A stretch of DNA of 64,000 nucleotides, from IMG/VR virus record IMGVR_UViG_3300042888_001055; one strand, 5' to 3'. The translations under genes were made by a program, and so were the position numbers. Position 1 is the first letter of the stretch, and the number at the start of each line of letters is the position of its first letter. This DNA is from a virus. Positions 1 to 9,112 of this stretch are shown here, one piece after another. The notes below the pieces were generated by a model that saw nothing but the letters and a program-made list of their open reading frames with translations, was not told the origin of the DNA and searched no databases.

Positions 1-17
1 CATTTTGGAGTTGAATA

Positions 18-215
18 ATGACAAGAGATTATAAAAATTTACAATATATTTTAAACAAAACACCAGATGAATTATATGAGTGGTGGAATACATTAGATGA
101 TGAGGATCAAGCATATGCTATGGAAATTATTGTAGAATATCGTAAAATGCTAGATGAACCACTAGTAGAGGATTTGTCTTTAGCATATAGTGTACTAAAA
201 CAGTTTATGTTATAA
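18..215 (+). CDS. hypothetical phage protein
   Basis: ORF with GGAG RBS, coupled to next gene (TAATG). Confidence 0.7.
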   Translation: MTRDYKNLQYILNKTPDELYEWWNTLDDEDQAYAMEIIVEYRKMLDEPLVEDLSLAYSVLKQFML

Positions 216-454
216 TGCCAACACTAGCAGAATATTTTAAAGCAAATAGATACTCGGGTAAATATAGTATCGGTGACCGTGTTATAGGTAAATGGAATAA
301 GATTCCTTTTGTTGGCACGGTGGGTAATGACACATTAATTAATGAGATTGAAGGTCCAAGAATTAGTGTACATTTAGATTTGCCCATCAAATACAAAAAT
401 GTAGTATATAACGTTTTAACTGTTAAACACAAAGATATAAGGTTATTCACGTGA
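215..454 (+). CDS. hypothetical protein
   Basis: ORF in tightly packed run. Confidence 0.7.
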   Translation: MPTLAEYFKANRYSGKYSIGDRVIGKWNKIPFVGTVGNDTLINEIEGPRISVHLDLPIKYKNVVYNVLTVKHKDIRLFT

Positions 455-735
455 GCAACGTATCCGCACCCACTCCCTTACTTAATTATACCTTACGGTA
501 TAATATGCTAAAAGATATCATTGAAACAACAAAGAAAAATGATATTAAAAGGGATGATAATCGGGAAAAAGATAAAATATTAAGTATACAATCAGACAAA
601 CGTTTGGATCAAAATAGACTGTTTTTAGAAAGCATACAGGAAGTTAAACGATATGAATCGTTAAAACTTACAAGAGAATATCAGGAGTACCAATATCTAT
701 ATAGTTTGGGTACAAAGATTGACAAATACATTTAA
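451..735 (+). CDS. hypothetical protein
   Basis: GTGA-overlap ORF. Confidence 0.55.
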   Translation: MSNVSAPTPLLNYTLRYNMLKDIIETTKKNDIKRDDNREKDKILSIQSDKRLDQNRLFLESIQEVKRYESLKLTREYQEYQYLYSLGTKIDKYI

Positions 736-747
736 TAATGTTATACT
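719..747 (+). promoter_or_regulatory. sigma70-type promoter
   Basis: TTGACA-17-TATACT upstream of AGAGGA RBS and ATG 765. Confidence 0.7.
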
Positions 748-764
748 TACACAGAGGAATAAAA

Positions 765-1226
765 ATGACTAAAACACTAATTGCAAAACCCGTAGTTAAA
801 AATCAATTTTGGATTGTTACAGATGGCAAAGAAAAAGTCGGCAATGTATTAGCCGATGGATCTGGCTTTGAAGTTAAATTGAACGGTAATAAAAGCCATT
901 ATAAAAACACTACGGCTATTAAACGTAAGACAAATATTGAGTTTGAAACTGTACAAAAAGCAGATAAAACTAAACACGATTTACCCTTTAAGGTATATCC
1001 CACGACAGGCACAGTGTTCAATAGCATGTTAGATATCAAACGTAAATTACATTTGTTTACGACAGGTATTAAAAGTAAATGCTATCATGCCGCAGGATGG
1101 TTTGTAATACAACAAGGAAGTGAAAAAACAACAGTTTTTTGTCCTAAATATATCTTTATTGAGCGTTACCCATATCAAGGTCCGTTTAAAACAGAAGATG
1201 AAGCAAAAAGCATGATAAATAACTAA
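765..1226 (+). CDS. hypothetical protein (start moved to MTKTL)
   Basis: RBS AGAGGA before ATG 765. Confidence 0.75.
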   Translation: MTKTLIAKPVVKNQFWIVTDGKEKVGNVLADGSGFEVKLNGNKSHYKNTTAIKRKTNIEFETVQKADKTKHDLPFKVYPTTGTVFNSMLDIKRKLHLFTTGIKSKCYHAAGWFVIQQGSEKTTVFCPKYIFIERYPYQGPFKTEDEAKSMINN

Positions 1227-1426
1227 TGATACATATTAAGCGATTTGTGGACAAAATAACCCTGATTGAAGGCAAACAGGGTAGAGATGTGGTTATTCCT
1301 ATAGGTGAGGCCCGCGGATTGCGTGATGAGTTAACTAAACTACTTGCAGATAACTATGAATTGTTACAAAATACAACCAAAGTAGAACCAGTATTTCAAG
1401 TAGAGATGAATGGTGGTAGATTTTAA
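1226..1426 (+). CDS. hypothetical protein
   Basis: ORF, ATAAATA 4 nt upstream. Confidence 0.7.
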   Translation: MIHIKRFVDKITLIEGKQGRDVVIPIGEARGLRDELTKLLADNYELLQNTTKVEPVFQVEMNGGRF

Positions 1427-1719
1427 TGAGTAGAACACAACCTAAAATATTACTTGAATTAGTAGATAAAGTAACATACAAATGTGACCAAATTGTAGAA
1501 GCCGCGGGAATATGGGCTGTGTTTTATGACGGCCAACCTATCAATCTAAAAAGCCAACATTACTTAGATAACGAAGCAACACCTAAGTATAAAAAAACTA
1601 GCTTTAGTAACCCAGGACATGCACGTAATCTATGTCGTAAATTGAATGTACAATTCAAAACAGATAAGTTTACCGTAGTGTTTATGAATTCCGGTAGAGT
1701 TGTCTACCCAGATGAGTAA
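1426..1719 (+). CDS. hypothetical phage protein
   Basis: coupled ORF. Confidence 0.75.
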   Translation: MSRTQPKILLELVDKVTYKCDQIVEAAGIWAVFYDGQPINLKSQHYLDNEATPKYKKTSFSNPGHARNLCRKLNVQFKTDKFTVVFMNSGRVVYPDE

Positions 1720-2119
1720 GCGTAAGACACTTAAAGAAACTATAACAGAAGTTGTATTGGCTCAACTTCCTGATTCATTACTCCAAGAAAAAAACAGCTC
1801 GGTAGATAAACTACTTTTTAAGTGGTGGATGACTGGGCGCCAAGACGGACTACGTTTGACTGATGTAGGTGATTTAGCATTTAGAACGGCTGAAATAGAA
1901 TTCTATCAGTACGAACTTAAAATACAGCCTGAAACGCAGTATCATGCTTACATACTAGAACTTAATAAAAAAATCAAATGCCCCTATTTCATGGGGGTAA
2001 ATAAAGACGGAAAGAAAAGTTTTCCCTACATACGATTTTATGACAGTAAAATTGCCATGATGATAAGTCTGTATGGAAATGTAAACGAATATTTAGATAG
2101 TATAAAGGTAAAAAAATGA
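1712..2119 (+). CDS. hypothetical protein
   Basis: coupled ORF. Confidence 0.7.
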   Translation: MSKRKTLKETITEVVLAQLPDSLLQEKNSSVDKLLFKWWMTGRQDGLRLTDVGDLAFRTAEIEFYQYELKIQPETQYHAYILELNKKIKCPYFMGVNKDGKKSFPYIRFYDSKIAMMISLYGNVNEYLDSIKVKK

Positions 2120-2280
2120 CAGAAAAGAAAAACCCAAATCCATTTATTAATTTAGCTAACGAAGCTAAAAAGAAAAATACACCAATGATTAATGGAAAGA
2201 AAACAGAACAAAAAGCCCCTAAGCCTAGTAAAGGATTTGGTGGTTCAAGTGTTGTACGTAGAACGGGTAGGGGTGGTTAA
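2116..2280 (+). CDS. 54-aa basic protein ending RRTGRGG (not in ORF track)
   Basis: ATGA overlap with upstream stop; translated by hand. Confidence 0.65.
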   Translation: MTEKKNPNPFINLANEAKKKNTPMINGKKTEQKAPKPSKGFGGSSVVRRTGRGG

Positions 2281-2759
2281 TACCACTGACCCTCATTACG
2301 CATACGTTTAATGAAATTCAAATAGGTGCTACATATTCCGTAGCATCTTAAATGTACTGTACTAAGTAATCCGCGGTCCTTAATTTCAGGAAGCGCAATG
2401 ATACTAGTATCATTAACTGGCACTGTACCGGGTGTCCATAACTTATTGCTACTAGTTAATGCATTGACCATACTATTAGGTTGATAGAAGTAGTTTGGAT
2501 ATTGTCTTAATGATTGTGTAGTAAACCAATCATATGTTTCTTGATTTCCGCATTTAATCCAAAAACGATTACCCTGCAGATATTTGTCAGTAACTGGGAT
2601 AGGTGCAGCTTCTGGTCCAACACACAATGTATCATCTATGCGCCAAACATCAACCATACAAGAGAAACCATTATTAAATGATCTTCCTATTTGGTCGGGG
2701 GTATTGGCATCTTCATAGTCTTTTCCGTCAAAGATTCCTTGATAAGATATATATAACAT
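2277..2759 (-). CDS. GDPD/PLC-like phosphodiesterase-fold protein, catalytic motif degenerate
   Basis: ISYQG..NTP..GFSCMVDVW pattern corresponds to ISHRG..EN..GFDVEIDVW. Confidence 0.55.
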   Translation of the reverse strand: MLYISYQGIFDGKDYEDANTPDQIGRSFNNGFSCMVDVWRIDDTLCVGPEAAPIPVTDKYLQGNRFWIKCGNQETYDWFTTQSLRQYPNYFYQPNSMVNALTSSNKLWTPGTVPVNDTSIIALPEIKDRGLLSTVHLRCYGICSTYLNFIKRMRNEGQWY

Positions 2760-2848
2760 AATGTATTTATGTCAACGAAACAGTTGGCTACCGCGTTATA
2801 TATATGTAGACTATAAAATCTACTTCATTAACTTAAAGGAAACTTAAA

Positions 2849-3100
2849 ATGAAAACATTAGCAATCGCACTCATCGCCTCTTTCAGTATTGGTTCTGCCT
2901 TCGCACAAGCTGCCAAGCAACCTGAAGGTATTGCCAAAATGGCACCGGCAGCAACAGCACCGGCTGCACCTGCTAAAGCAGAAGCACCAAAAGAAGAAAT
3001 GAAATTGGCTAAGAAAAAGGATGCTCCCAAGGCAGACACAAAAAGTGACGCCAAGCCAGCTAAAGCCGACGATAAAAAAGCCGAAACTTCTAAGAAGTAA
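2849..3100 (+). CDS. secreted Ala/Lys/Pro-rich small protein
   Basis: signal peptide ending AFA, low-complexity tail, AAGGA RBS. Confidence 0.75.
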   Translation: MKTLAIALIASFSIGSAFAQAAKQPEGIAKMAPAATAPAAPAKAEAPKEEMKLAKKKDAPKADTKSDAKPAKADDKKAETSKK

Positions 3101-3382
3101 TCCATACAGACTTATTGCAATTAAAACTTGGGGACTTGATCCTAATAATGTTCTAATTGGTGATGAGGATATATTAGTCAATTCCCGTCGTATTATATTA
3201 AAGATTCAAACTTCTTTAATTAACGATGAGGAATTAACTGATTATGTCAAGGTAAGATTGTTTCTGGCCAGAGAATTAGCTATGTCAAAATATAGAAAAA
3301 TCTATCAGAAGGCATAAATATATATGAAGTTAGGGGTTCTTCATAAAAACCCACTATTAAACACACACATAGGAGATATAAA

Positions 3383-3670
3383 ATGTTTAACACAGCAACT
3401 TACGCCTTTATTGACGGCGTTTCAGACTTTAAAAAGAAATTCGTAGAACAAACAGTTCAACACGAAGGCATCAAAACAGCAATGAATACATTCGTTGATG
3501 CACAATCAAAATACACAAAAGCAGCCGCAGATGCAGGAATGCAATCAGCAATGGCTTTGGGTATGATTTTCACAAGCAAAGATTTTTATACACAATTAGC
3601 TGACCAGTATAAAGCAATAGTACCTGCTTTCAATACTGCTAAATCTGCTAAATCTACAAAGGTTAAGTAA
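3383..3670 (+). CDS. phasin-like amphipathic helical protein
   Basis: Ala-rich helical pattern (FVDAQSKYTKAAAD), AGGAG RBS; family call tentative. Confidence 0.45.
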   Translation: MFNTATYAFIDGVSDFKKKFVEQTVQHEGIKTAMNTFVDAQSKYTKAAADAGMQSAMALGMIFTSKDFYTQLADQYKAIVPAFNTAKSAKSTKVK

Positions 3671-3671
3671 T

Positions 3672-3839
3672 ATGAAGAAACTTCTAGGGATGCTTATAGC
3701 GTTCCTGGGTTTCTCTACAGATACCTACGGAACAGAGTTAGAAAGATATATTGTTGGCCGAAATCCAAAAGATGCAGGCGACATTGAGCGATTGACCCAT
3801 GAGTTCCATCGCAAACAATCAGATTGGAGATTTCTATGA
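3672..3839 (+). CDS. 55-aa protein, DUF3563-like (not in ORF track)
   Basis: ELERYIVGRNPKDAGDIERLTHEF; translated by hand. Confidence 0.55.
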   Translation: MKKLLGMLIAFLGFSTDTYGTELERYIVGRNPKDAGDIERLTHEFHRKQSDWRFL

Positions 3840-3919
3840 ACACACTTAAACAACTATTCAACAGCCTACTAGAGGCAATACAGTCTATCAAAGACTACAA
3901 AGCAAGTAAAATGAAATGA
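3836..3919 (+). CDS. 27-aa peptide MNTLKQLFNSLLEAIQSIKDYKASKMK
   Basis: ATGA-coupled on both sides. Confidence 0.5.
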   Translation: MNTLKQLFNSLLEAIQSIKDYKASKMK

Positions 3920-4011
3920 CTACTTGGTGGCCGGTGTCAGATGAAGAATGGGAACGACTTAATTTCCCCGAAAGATTTGAACAACCTAAAAAAGTAATAT
4001 ATACTGTATGA
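3916..4011 (+). CDS. 31-aa peptide MTTWWPVSDEEWERLNFP...
   Basis: ATGA-coupled. Confidence 0.45.
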   Translation: MTTWWPVSDEEWERLNFPERFEQPKKVIYTV

Positions 4012-4035
4012 ACATTAACACAGTAAGGAAACACA

Positions 4036-4305
4036 ATGTCAGACTACACACCAAAACTACCAGAAGTTAAATTCAATAAAAATGGTTACGAAATTCGTAC
4101 CGATATTTTATCAATGGCTAAAGACCTAGTAGGTCAAGAGTATCATGCTAAATATATGGGCTGGGAAGTCAGTGCCGAACGTGATGAAAAAACCGGACAA
4201 ATTGTTAACAAAGTAAACATGCCAGAGTTTCCGGGTCTAGATAAGATCCTTGAAACTGCTGAAAAAATGTACGGCTTTGTTAATCAGGCTTCTAGCAAAA
4301 AATAA
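4036..4305 (+). CDS. hypothetical phage protein
   Basis: AAGGA RBS, ORF. Confidence 0.75.
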   Translation: MSDYTPKLPEVKFNKNGYEIRTDILSMAKDLVGQEYHAKYMGWEVSAERDEKTGQIVNKVNMPEFPGLDKILETAEKMYGFVNQASSKK

Positions 4306-5210
4306 TGATACATGATCAATTGACCATTGTGTCCGTAGTTGGTCACAATAATGGTTCTGTTGCCATACCTTCTATTATGAAAAGTATGCAAGAATTACCC
4401 GGCAGTAAAGGGTTACTTCTATCAATAGAAAAACCAGAAAATCTTCCAGATGAAATAGAATGGAAGCACATATATTTTCTAAATTACAAACAATATACTG
4501 TTTTTATGATGCATTCATTATATGCATTTATTAAAACAGATTACTGTTTAGTGGTTCAAGATGATGGTTGGGTACTTAACGGTGACAAATTCACTGAAGA
4601 ATTTTATGAATATGATTACATTGGTCCCCCTACTCATTGTGGATTTCAATTTAGTAATGACGCTTCTAACATTGAACATTTGTTTTTACAATTTCATTGG
4701 CTTGATAAACCTAATACATTGGTTGTACAAAACGGCGGATTCTCATTAAGAAGTAAAAGATTTTTAGAAGCATGTAATGTTTTAGGAATTACACATACTA
4801 GTCCTGAACCTATCATGTTAAAAAATGATTCGATGAAGAAAGCTAAACCCTGGATTCATAATTGGAATGAGGATGTTCAACTTACTGGATTACTTAGACC
4901 GGCATTAGCATCATGTGGTTATAAATTTGCACCACTAAGTGTAGCTACTAGATTTGGCATAGAATACTTAGATCCTATTTGGCATAAAGATATAAATTTT
5001 AATAACATTGTAGGTCATCATGCTAAATCCAGAATTCTATTACCTAACAATACAGTTAAAGTTCCAAACAATGTAGGTAAGGTAGGAGAAATGGAACGAG
5101 ATTTAATTAGTTGGATGGCAAATATAAAGAAATATAATGTCATAATGGACAAAGATTGGGAAAGCAAATTTGGTGGTGGAGACGGTTCTAATAAAAGTGT
5201 AGTACGTTAG
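4305..5210 (+). CDS. DUF5672-type glycosyltransferase-like protein
   Basis: QDDG (DxD-like), YDYIG, NGGFSLRSK and NED motifs. Confidence 0.7.
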   Translation: MIHDQLTIVSVVGHNNGSVAIPSIMKSMQELPGSKGLLLSIEKPENLPDEIEWKHIYFLNYKQYTVFMMHSLYAFIKTDYCLVVQDDGWVLNGDKFTEEFYEYDYIGPPTHCGFQFSNDASNIEHLFLQFHWLDKPNTLVVQNGGFSLRSKRFLEACNVLGITHTSPEPIMLKNDSMKKAKPWIHNWNEDVQLTGLLRPALASCGYKFAPLSVATRFGIEYLDPIWHKDINFNNIVGHHAKSRILLPNNTVKVPNNVGKVGEMERDLISWMANIKKYNVIMDKDWESKFGGGDGSNKSVVR

Positions 5211-5225
5211 TATTCAAAAAAAATA

Positions 5226-5246
5226 CCCCGGAAACGGGGCTTTTTT
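5226..5246 (+). terminator. intrinsic terminator
   Basis: CCCCG-GAAA-CGGGG followed by T6. Confidence 0.8.
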
Positions 5247-5319
5247 ATGCCCAAAATTTGACATTAAATGGATTTGGCTATATAATACATACATAGACAG
5301 TAAAGAAAAGGACTAAATT

Positions 5320-5652
5320 ATGACTAAATTCATCAAGGGCAACTTCTACGGTACAGAGTATGTTGACTATACAAACCCAGTTGACGGTACTACAAAGTTT
5401 GTAGTACGTTTCAAATATGCTAAAGGTAGCAAAGCAAGTTTCCTTACATTCCTTACAAAGAACTTTACAGTTGAGGAATACTTTGCCCGTTTGGAAAGTG
5501 AATCCCCGCTAGAAATCCTACAGTCTAAGGGTTTTATTCAACCCCACATTAAAAAGATGCTCAAAGAACAGGGTTACTCAGTTACTAAATCAGGATTTGA
5601 GCAATTGGTCCAAGATAATGTTGCAAAAATGCAACAAAAATTAGCCGCATAA
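5320..5652 (+). CDS. hypothetical early protein
   Basis: own promoter module and RBS. Confidence 0.8.
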   Translation: MTKFIKGNFYGTEYVDYTNPVDGTTKFVVRFKYAKGSKASFLTFLTKNFTVEEYFARLESESPLEILQSKGFIQPHIKKMLKEQGYSVTKSGFEQLVQDNVAKMQQKLAA

Positions 5653-5715
5653 ATTTGACATTAAATGGATTTGGGCTTATAATAGAATCTTAGACAGTTA
5701 GATAAAGGACATAAA

Positions 5716-6036
5716 ATGACAGACCAAGAATTTGATGTTAAATTTGCTTATTTTGATAAAGCACGTGACGAGTTGGGTTTGAATGCCGTTTGGTCAATCT
5801 ACGAGGTTGACGCCTTGCACGAAACTCATCCTTTCAAAGGTGTCACAAAAGTTATCTATCAGGCTTATGGATCCGGTGATCATGAGGTTGCTATTGAAGG
5901 TAATACTTGGAAGTCATTGTATATTGCGGCTGATACTCTTATCAGTAACAGTGGTGACAACCATCACATTTTTATTGAGTCTTTCAAACAAAGCTCAATT
6001 GACCCTGAAATCTTATTTGTGACTACAGGCTCCTAA
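5716..6036 (+). CDS. hypothetical early protein
   Basis: own promoter module and RBS. Confidence 0.8.
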   Translation: MTDQEFDVKFAYFDKARDELGLNAVWSIYEVDALHETHPFKGVTKVIYQAYGSGDHEVAIEGNTWKSLYIAADTLISNSGDNHHIFIESFKQSSIDPEILFVTTGS

Positions 6037-6101
6037 ATTTGACAATAAATCAATTTGGGTATATAATAGAATCTTAAACAGTTAAACAATAGGAGTTAAA
6101 C

Positions 6102-6368
6102 ATGAAAGCATTGCAAAAATACATTGACCAGAAGAATCACTGGAACAGTTTCTTCAAAGGTGAGCAATACGAAATTGCTACTGCCCAAGGTCGTCAACGT
6201 TTGGCAGATCAAATTGATTCTGCTCTTAGCCCTGAGAACTTGACCTGCGATGGTGAACTTCCCCGCGCAGAGGTCAATCGGAGATATAAGGAGTTGATGA
6301 CTGCCGCTAAACAATTGAAACAGTTGGATCCATCTGTTAAGTTTTACGAATACGAAACTGAAATTTAA
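6102..6368 (+). CDS. hypothetical early protein (LSPENLTCDGE)
   Basis: own promoter module and RBS. Confidence 0.8.
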   Translation: MKALQKYIDQKNHWNSFFKGEQYEIATAQGRQRLADQIDSALSPENLTCDGELPRAEVNRRYKELMTAAKQLKQLDPSVKFYEYETEI

Positions 6369-6375
6369 GGAGAAG

Positions 6376-7119
6376 ATGATGTACGGATTTGCTAACGTAT
6401 CAAATATGACTAGTCGTCAAATTCAACGTATGGGTCACGAGGATGATGCTACTCCTTATCGTGCAAGAACCAAAACTCAAAAGGTTGTTGTGAATTACAA
6501 TGCCGATGATGTGTGGAGTGCGGCATGTGCGGCTCAACGTATCAATGGTAGTTATATCAAGTTGAGCGTGGTTTCAGAATCAGATCCTGCTACAACAAAA
6601 CTATCCAATCGTATGATTATTGAACAATTGTTAGCAGACCTATCAGGTATCACCGACAAGGATCGTGAACAGGGTGTAAAGGTTCGTGCTTTTTATCAAG
6701 CATATACATTCAAGATCCTGCAAGGTAAACAACTAAGTGATTTTGACAACACCGCAATGCTTATTGCTAATCGTGATGTTATCACTGGTAATTATGATGT
6801 TGCTGTTATTGCTAGTTTGCCTTCATGCTACGAGCGTGGTGTTGTACGTCAATCGGCGGATCAACGTATTAACTTTGCTACAGGTGGTTTTATTGGTAAA
6901 GCTAATGACAAGGTGAATGCTTCTATTGAAGTATTGAAATCAGTATTTTCAATGAAATGGAATACAAACTATGTTACTGGTATTACTACTGATGACCAAG
7001 TAGTGTTCTTTGCTTATAAAGAAGCATTGGATATTGGCAAAGTACTTGAAATTCAAGGTACTGTTAAAGCACATAGAGATAACAGTACCCAACTTAATCG
7101 TGTAAAGGTGATTGCGTGA
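6376..7119 (+). CDS. hypothetical protein, probable C-terminal OB-fold
   Basis: GTVKAH...TQLNRVK beta pattern. Confidence 0.65.
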   Translation: MMYGFANVSNMTSRQIQRMGHEDDATPYRARTKTQKVVVNYNADDVWSAACAAQRINGSYIKLSVVSESDPATTKLSNRMIIEQLLADLSGITDKDREQGVKVRAFYQAYTFKILQGKQLSDFDNTAMLIANRDVITGNYDVAVIASLPSCYERGVVRQSADQRINFATGGFIGKANDKVNASIEVLKSVFSMKWNTNYVTGITTDDQVVFFAYKEALDIGKVLEIQGTVKAHRDNSTQLNRVKVIA

Positions 7120-7343
7120 ATACAGAATTGATTCAAAAGTTAAAGGCACAATGTATCGTGCGTGAAGTACGTGGTACTAATGCGTTTGACAATTATATGG
7201 TTGATCGGTTTGATACTGAAAAGTTTGCAAAACTGATTGTCAAAGAATGTGACCGTTATGCCCGTAGTGTGTGGGAACATGGTCCTTTGTTAGGTAGAGA
7301 CCTGTTAATCCATTTTGGAATTGAGGAGATGAGTGATGAATAA
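7116..7343 (+). CDS. KFAxLIVxEC-family small protein
   Basis: EKFAKLIVKEC. Confidence 0.65.
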   Translation: MNTELIQKLKAQCIVREVRGTNAFDNYMVDRFDTEKFAKLIVKECDRYARSVWEHGPLLGRDLLIHFGIEEMSDE

Positions 7344-7566
7344 AGATATGCAAATTATGTTTAAGCAAGCAGGTGGTTATATTGAAATTGATGAGGACGG
7401 TAATATTTTTACCTATGCACATGATTTTGATCCTGATAAGTTTGCTAGGTTGGTTATTGAGTCTTGTACTCAAACATTAGTCAATCATGGCTATACAGAT
7501 GCGGCAACTGTTTTAGAAACAGAGTATGCTGAAAATTGGCAAAAGTATGAATTTCCGGAGATTTAA
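7333..7566 (+). CDS. KFAxLIVxEC-family small protein
   Basis: DKFARLVIESC. Confidence 0.65.
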   Translation: MMNKDMQIMFKQAGGYIEIDEDGNIFTYAHDFDPDKFARLVIESCTQTLVNHGYTDAATVLETEYAENWQKYEFPEI

Positions 7567-7567
7567 A

Positions 7568-7696
7568 ATGACAAATTTATTAATAGGTTTTGTTCTTGGT
7601 ATTATTGTATCAACTGTAGGCTTTAGCGGTATTGCTAAAATGGCTGACAACGGTGTGGAAAAAGTTAAACAGGTAACTGTTGAACAAGCTAAGTGA
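7568..7696 (+). CDS. 42-aa membrane peptide (not in ORF track)
   Basis: GGAG RBS, N-terminal hydrophobic helix. Confidence 0.6.
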   Translation: MTNLLIGFVLGIIVSTVGFSGIAKMADNGVEKVKQVTVEQAK

Positions 7697-7725
7697 AATA
7701 TAAACGTAAAAAGGTGGAGGATATT

Positions 7726-8154
7726 ATGGGACTAGATATGTATGCTTATGTTGCCAGCAAAAGAGGGCAATACAATGAATTCTACGAAAATGCAGAGTTT
7801 AATGGAACAACAAATGATTTTGAAAGTGATACAGTTACTAAGCCGTACGAGATTGCGTATTGGCGTAAGCATCCTAACTTACATGGTTGGATGGAACAAC
7901 TCTGGGTTAGTAAAGGTCGTCCAAGGCAAAGTGTTGGTTGGCCTATATTCAACGGCATTGAGTTAGAACTAACATGGGATGACTTAGATAACCTTGAACG
8001 AGCCATTCGTCACGGTCAACTTCCAGATACAGAAGGTTTCTTCTTTGGTAATCCATCTGATAATCATTACTATGAACAAGACCTTGAATTTGTAAACAAC
8101 GCTAAGGCAGAAGTGTTCTTAGGACTAAAAGTATTTTACAATAGCAGTTGGTAA
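7726..8154 (+). CDS. hypothetical phage protein (MGLDMY...YWRKH)
   Basis: GGAGG RBS before ATG 7726. Confidence 0.75.
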   Translation: MGLDMYAYVASKRGQYNEFYENAEFNGTTNDFESDTVTKPYEIAYWRKHPNLHGWMEQLWVSKGRPRQSVGWPIFNGIELELTWDDLDNLERAIRHGQLPDTEGFFFGNPSDNHYYEQDLEFVNNAKAEVFLGLKVFYNSSW

Positions 8155-8180
8155 CTAAATACTCCGTAAGGAGTAACATC

Positions 8181-8363
8181 ATGGATACTATTAAAACAAC
8201 AATTATAACAATGCTAGTAGTTGTAGGAATATTGTGGTTAGTACGGGAAAGCACAGATGATCCTGATTATATTGTGTTAGAGTATCAATGTTCCAAATTA
8301 GGTACATATGAACATGTACCAACTGAAGTAACCGAAGAATGTAATAACCGTAAGGCAAAATAA
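8181..8363 (+). CDS. small membrane protein
   Basis: AGGAG RBS, TM helix. Confidence 0.6.
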   Translation: MDTIKTTIITMLVVVGILWLVRESTDDPDYIVLEYQCSKLGTYEHVPTEVTEECNNRKAK

Positions 8364-8872
8364 TGGCTATCTTATATCGCATCAAACCCACTGATAAAAA
8401 ATCAGTTGAAGCATTCTACGATGTTTTCAGCAAAGATGAACAAGGCAACATCCGTGGTTGGAGTGTCACCGAACTATATCGCTGGGGTCAAGGCTTTGTA
8501 GAAGATGAATCCGAGTTGCCCTTTAGTGATGATAGATATCATTCAGTAGATCCTACTATCGGTTGGGGTTGTGAACTTGAGGACCTCTGTGCCGTAGATT
8601 TTGAGTTTGATGACAGTTTTACCGATGAAGAAAAAGAAGAAATTGAAGAACTTTGGGCAAACGGTGACCCAAATGATGAATATGAACGTAGTGGTGCGGC
8701 TTGGTTATATGATTATAGCGAATGGGAAGTAGAAGAAGATACTATTACTATTTTGGGTCCGTTTGTAGTTGACAAAATTGACGAGGACGTGTATAATGAG
8801 AGTATTGAAACAGTAGAACTTAAACCCCGTCCACCTTTTGTAGCAACAACAGCGTGGCCATTCTCAGGATAA
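8363..8872 (+). CDS. acidic hypothetical protein
   Basis: coupled ORF, D/E-rich. Confidence 0.75.
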   Translation: MAILYRIKPTDKKSVEAFYDVFSKDEQGNIRGWSVTELYRWGQGFVEDESELPFSDDRYHSVDPTIGWGCELEDLCAVDFEFDDSFTDEEKEEIEELWANGDPNDEYERSGAAWLYDYSEWEVEEDTITILGPFVVDKIDEDVYNESIETVELKPRPPFVATTAWPFSG

Positions 8873-8875
8873 AAT

Positions 8876-9112
8876 ATGAATGTTACACCAGCAGACAAAG
8901 GCCCGGGCATAACGGGCTTTATTGAAATCTTTGAGGGTAGGCTTAACAAAATGAAGCTACACCTTAAAGCTGAATTAGGCAAGGCCAAACATGATAGGGA
9001 TCGTAAGATGATTAAAAGTCAGCTAGCCGATGCTAAGAAACTTAACAAGACACTGAAGGAAATGCGTAATGCCAATACCCGACTGTGTCCACATTGCGGA
9101 GAGAAACTATGA
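8876..9112 (+). CDS. small protein with C-terminal CPHCG knuckle
   Basis: ORF. Confidence 0.65.
   Translation: MNVTPADKGPGITGFIEIFEGRLNKMKLHLKAELGKAKHDRDRKMIKSQLADAKKLNKTLKEMRNANTRLCPHCGEKL

Larger units (their letters stand above)
5255..6101 (+). repeat. promoter+leader repeat, array 1 (3 copies; -35 at 5258, 5655, 6039)
   Basis: TTGACA-17-TATAAT followed by conserved ACAGT..AGGA leader. Confidence 0.9.
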
